The notes under the pieces are model-generated. The model did no database searches, was not told the origin of the DNA, and saw only the letters and a list, made by a program, of their open reading frames with translations. Positions 10,357 through 14,044 of a DNA stretch of 14,044 nucleotides are shown one piece after another. A program made the position numbers and the translations under genes. Each line of letters starts with the position of its first letter. Within the stretch, counting starts at the first letter, position 1. The stretch comes from Candidatus Fervidifonticultor quintus (GTDB taxonomy: Bacteria > Sysuimicrobiota > Sysuimicrobiia > Sysuimicrobiales > Humicultoraceae), in the NCBI GenBank assembly GCA_031459535.1, contig JAVKIJ010000080.1, positions 1-14,044 on the forward strand, read 5' to 3'.

Positions 10357-12591
10357 TCACACCTCCAGGCTGTCGTAGGCAGCGATCATGGCATCCAGCG
10401 GCATCTCCACCTGTTCGCGATCGTCTGGCAGCGCAGGTGCTTGCGGGTCCCCGGGTGGAGCGACCATGCGCAGGGCGCGCCCGCCCGCACGTCCCACTAC
10501 CGCCAGCGGCACCTCCCGGGCGCGCGCCAGCGCCTCGAGCGTCCCGATGGCTGAGGGGTCCACCGACACCACGAACCGGCCCGGCCCTTCGCCAAACAGC
10601 GTGCCGGCATCGAGCGGCAAGATCACGGCCGCCCCTCGACCGCCCAGGATGCACGCCTCGGCCAGCGCCACAGCGAGCCCGCCGTCGCTGACGTCGTGGG
10701 CCGAACGCACCACGCCGTCCCGCACCGCCTCCCGGATCAGTCGGATCGCGCGGGTTGTCGCGGGGACCTGAGGATCTGCCGGCCTCCCCCGCAGGGTGCG
10801 CGCGAGGCAGCGCACATACAGGCTCGAGCCGAGCGCGGGGGCGGTCCCACCGATGATCACGACGAGGTCGCCGTCTCGGACGAAGCCCACCGCCGGGAGC
10901 CGCGAGACATCCGGGACCAGTCCGGCCATGCCGATGACCGGCGTCGGCCAGACGGCCCGATCGCCTCCGCTCCCTTCGGCCTCGTTGTAGAACGACACGT
11001 TGCCGCTGATGACCGGCACGCCCAGGGCGTCGCACGCCTCGGCAATGCCGCAGACGGCCTCGCGGAACGCCCAGAAGATCGTCGGCCGCTCGGGGTTGCC
11101 GAAGTTGAGACAGTCCGTCACCGCCACGGGCTCTGCGCCCACACACGCCAGGTTTGCCGCCGCTTCCAGCACAGCCAGGGCCGCGCCGCGGCGCGGGTCG
11201 AGCGCGCACCAGCGCGCGTTGCCGTCGACCGACAGCGCGATGCCCAGTGGGGGGACTTCGATCAAGCGGAGCACCGCCGCGTCTGCGCCGGGGGTCACCA
11301 CGGTGCGGACGCCCACCATGTGGTCGTACTGCTCAAAGATCCGGCGCTTGGTGGCCACATCAGGATGCGTCAGCATGCGCCGAAGGGCCTCGGTCACCGC
11401 CACCTGGGGCAGGGACCCGGCCTCCAGCGTCCACGCAGCCTGGAGCCTCTTCGGGGCTTCGGCCGCCGGATCGTAGGCCGGCGCGCGTGCCAGCGCATCC
11501 GGCGGTAGGTCCACCACGGGTCTGCCGTGCGCGGTGACGATCAGGCGCGGCTCCGCCGTCACCGTCCCGATGACGGCAGCAGCCAGTCCCCACCGCCGGT
11601 AGATGGCGGCCACGCGGTCGGCGTCACGCTGGCCCACCACCAGCAGCATCCGCTCTTGGGACTCGCTGAGCAGGATCTCGTCGGGCCGCATGCCGCGCTC
11701 GCGCAGCGGCACCCGGTCCAGGTCAACGGTCATCCCCACGCCGCCGCGGGCAGCCATCTCACTGGCCGCGCACGTCAGGCCGGCTGCGCCCATGTCCTGA
11801 AGCGCGACGACCGCACCGGTGGCGAGCGCTTCCAGGGTCGCTTCGATGAGGAGCTTGCCCGTGAAGGGGTCGCCCATTTGCACCGACGCCCGGTCCTCGG
11901 ACTCGCGTTGCTCGTCCAGCTCGATCGAGGCAAACGCCGCGCCGCCGATCCCGTCTCGGCCGGTCCGGGCGCCGACGTAGAGCACCGCGTTGCCGGGCCC
12001 AGAAGCCGCGGAGGTGGCCACGCGGTCTGCCCGCACCAGCCCCAGGCAAGCCACGTTGACGAGGGGGTTATCGCGGTAGCAGTCGTCGGCCAGCAGCTCC
12101 CCTCCCACGGTGGGCACCCCGAGGGCATTACCGTATCCCGCAATACCGGCCACAACACCGTTGCACAGGCGCCGGGCCCGCGGTTCGTCCAGCGGCCCGA
12201 AGCGCAGCGAGTCCAGTAGCGCAACGGGCCGCGCACCCATGGCCAGCACGTCCCGGATGATGCCGCCGATCCCGGTGGCCGCGCCGTTGTAGGGATCCAC
12301 GGCGCTGGGATGGTTGTGGCTCTCCATCTTGAACGCGATGGCCCAACCTCCGCCCACGTCCACCGCCCCGGCGTTCTCGCCTGGGCCGGACAGCACACGC
12401 GGCGACCACGACGGCAGCCGCTGTAGCACCTTCTTCGAGTGCTTGTAGCCGCAGTGCTCGGACCACATGACGCCGAACATGCGGGCCTCGATCGGGTTGG
12501 GTTCCCGACCCAGCCGCGCGCATACCTCGCGATAGTCCCGGGCGGAGAGCCCGGCCCGCGCGGCCGCGTCGGCGGTCGGGAGGGCCCTCAT
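10357..12591 (-). CDS. purL: FGAM synthase subunit PurL (small type)
   Basis: Motifs MWSEHCGYKHS, KMESHNHPSA, GAATGIGGIIRD, QDMGAAGL, SESQERM, TDCLNFGNPE, GNVSFYNE and AHDVSDGGL. The ATG overlaps the purQ stop (ATGA). Confidence 0.97.
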   Translation of the reverse strand: MRALPTADAAARAGLSARDYREVCARLGREPNPIEARMFGVMWSEHCGYKHSKKVLQRLPSWSPRVLSGPGENAGAVDVGGGWAIAFKMESHNHPSAVDPYNGAATGIGGIIRDVLAMGARPVALLDSLRFGPLDEPRARRLCNGVVAGIAGYGNALGVPTVGGELLADDCYRDNPLVNVACLGLVRADRVATSAASGPGNAVLYVGARTGRDGIGGAAFASIELDEQRESEDRASVQMGDPFTGKLLIEATLEALATGAVVALQDMGAAGLTCAASEMAARGGVGMTVDLDRVPLRERGMRPDEILLSESQERMLLVVGQRDADRVAAIYRRWGLAAAVIGTVTAEPRLIVTAHGRPVVDLPPDALARAPAYDPAAEAPKRLQAAWTLEAGSLPQVAVTEALRRMLTHPDVATKRRIFEQYDHMVGVRTVVTPGADAAVLRLIEVPPLGIALSVDGNARWCALDPRRGAALAVLEAAANLACVGAEPVAVTDCLNFGNPERPTIFWAFREAVCGIAEACDALGVPVISGNVSFYNEAEGSGGDRAVWPTPVIGMAGLVPDVSRLPAVGFVRDGDLVVIIGGTAPALGSSLYVRCLARTLRGRPADPQVPATTRAIRLIREAVRDGVVRSAHDVSDGGLAVALAEACILGGRGAAVILPLDAGTLFGEGPGRFVVSVDPSAIGTLEALARAREVPLAVVGRAGGRALRMVAPPGDPQAPALPDDREQVEMPLDAMIAAYDSLEV

Positions 12592-13322
12592 CGCACGGCC
12601 TCCGCCACCCGCTCCGCCACCTGGGGCCGCCGCGCGTCCAGGCAGGCGATGACCGACTCGAACAGGCGCCGGCCGTCCTGGGAGCCCAGGAGCGCCTCGG
12701 ACGCGCGCTCGGGGTGGGGCATCAGGCCTACCACGTTGCCCGCGGCATTGGCAATGCCCGCGATGGCTGCCGCCGAACCGTTGGGGTTTGCTTCCGGGAC
12801 CACGCGGCCCCGAGAGTCGCAATACCGGAAGACCACGCGGTTGGCGGCTTCCAGCGCGGCGATCATGTCGGGTGGGGCTAGGTAGCGTCCCTCACCGTGC
12901 GCGATCGGCATACGCAGGACCTCGCCGGCGACCAGCGCCGACGTGAACGGCGTTCCGGTGGACTCCACTCGGACCCAGGCGGGCATGCAGCGGAACCGCA
13001 GGCTCAGATTGCGCATCAATGTGCCAGGGAGCAGCCCGGCTTCGGTCAAGATCTGAAAGCCGTTGCAGATCCCCAGGACCGGGCCGCCGGCCTCGGCAAA
13101 TCGGCGCACGGCGGGCATGATCGCTGCGGTGGCGGCCACGGCCCCGGAACGCAGGTAGTCGCCGTAGGAGAAGCCGCCGGGCAGCACCACGGCGTCGACG
13201 CCGTCCAGCGACCGGTCGGCATGCCAGACCGCAACGACCTGCTGCCCCAGCACGGACCGCAACGCGTGCACGCAGTCCCGGTCGCAATTGGACCCGGGGA
13301 ACGTCACGACACCCCACGTCAC
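12588..13322 (-). CDS. purQ: FGAM synthase glutaminase subunit PurQ
   Basis: Motifs FPGSNCDRD, PGGFSYGDYLR, GICNGFQIL, PIAHGEG, NPNGS and MPHPER. The GTG overlaps the purS stop. Confidence 0.97.
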   Translation of the reverse strand: MTWGVVTFPGSNCDRDCVHALRSVLGQQVVAVWHADRSLDGVDAVVLPGGFSYGDYLRSGAVAATAAIMPAVRRFAEAGGPVLGICNGFQILTEAGLLPGTLMRNLSLRFRCMPAWVRVESTGTPFTSALVAGEVLRMPIAHGEGRYLAPPDMIAALEAANRVVFRYCDSRGRVVPEANPNGSAAAIAGIANAAGNVVGLMPHPERASEALLGSQDGRRLFESVIACLDARRPQVAERVAEAVR

Positions 13323-13558
13323 GACGACGCCTCCAGTTCCTCGATCTGCCAGGTCTCGATGAGAGGATTGGCCAGGAACCGCTCGCACATCTCGCCCACC
13401 TTGGGGCGCATCCGTTCGGGCACCACGAGCTGGACCACCTTGCCCATGCGGACCCGGTCCACGTCATAGGCCAGCGCGCGCAGGCCGCCTTCGACGGCCT
13501 GGCCCTGCGCATCCAGCACGCCGGGCTTGAGCATGATGGTGACGCGAAAGCTGGGCAT
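13319..13558 (-). CDS. purS: FGAM synthase subunit PurS
   Basis: 79 aa with LKPGVLDAQGQAV, VRMGK and MCERFLANPLIE, located between purC and purQ. Confidence 0.95.
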   Translation of the reverse strand: MPSFRVTIMLKPGVLDAQGQAVEGGLRALAYDVDRVRMGKVVQLVVPERMRPKVGEMCERFLANPLIETWQIEELEASS

Positions 13559-14044
13559 CTAGGCGATCTCCTTTCCGGTCAGACGCCGGTATGTCTCCAG
13601 GTAGCGCTCCCGTGTGGCTGCGACGACGTCTGCGGGCAGGGGCGGCGCGGGTGGTTCCCGGTTCCACCCGATGGCCATCAGGTAGTTGCGGACGAACTGC
13701 TTGTCGAACGGGACGAGCTGTCCGGCCCGGTACGCATCGGCGTCCCAATAGCGCGACGAGTCGGGCGTGAGCGCCTCGTCAATGAGCGTCAGCTCAGCGC
13801 GCCCACGATCACCGACGAGGCCGAACTCGAACTTGGTGTCGGCCAGCACCAGGCCCGCGGCCTCAGCATGGGCGCGGGCGTGTTCGTAGAGCGCCAGGCT
13901 CGTCTGCCGGAGGCGTTCGGCGAGTGCTGCGCCCACAAGTCGCGCCACCTGGTCGAACCCGATGTTCTGATCGTGGCCGCCTGAGGCCTTGGTCGCCGGC
14001 GTGAAGATCGGCTGCGGCAGGGGCGACCCCTCGCTCAGGCCAGC
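13559..14044 (-). CDS. purC: SAICAR synthetase, C-terminal part (start lies outside the window)
   Basis: Motifs PIFTPATKA..GHDQNI, LADTKFEFG, IDEALTPDSSRYW, FDKQFVRNYL and PPAPPLP. Confidence 0.95.
   Translation of the reverse strand, partial: AGLSEGSPLPQPIFTPATKASGGHDQNIGFDQVARLVGAALAERLRQTSLALYEHARAHAEAAGLVLADTKFEFGLVGDRGRAELTLIDEALTPDSSRYWDADAYRAGQLVPFDKQFVRNYLMAIGWNREPPAPPLPADVVAATRERYLETYRRLTGKEIA

Noticed and set aside
5138-13512. Long antisense or alternate-frame ORFs over the pur genes (e.g. 5138..7282 +, 7712..8986 +) and the long N-terminal extensions of purM, purL, purQ and purH in the ORF track
   Set aside because: These are typical high-GC shadow ORFs. Real starts are supported by stop/start overlaps and family N-termini.

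Overview
This is a GC-rich bacterial window. From right to left on the - strand it holds the 3' part of a de novo purine operon (purC partial, purS, purQ, purL, purF, purM, purN, purH), which converges on a + strand DUF92 membrane gene. Next is a stand-alone 16S rRNA gene with its own promoters, processing stem and terminator, and no linked tRNA or 23S. The 16S is interrupted after U1498 (E. coli numbering) by a 237-nt ORF-less group I intron. Just past the terminator is a free-standing two-motif LAGLIDADG endonuclease gene, whose stop lies 7 nt before an integron integrase that has an extra HARP-like N-terminal domain. A candidate cassette promoter and attI site lie at the 3' end of intI (inverted integron layout). 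A short AT-rich cassette-like stretch follows and is cut by an IS701/IS4-like element that runs off the window. The best candidate for an undescribed system is the ORF-less rRNA intron + free-standing homing endonuclease + integron module. All family assignments come from motif recognition by eye; no database searches were run.
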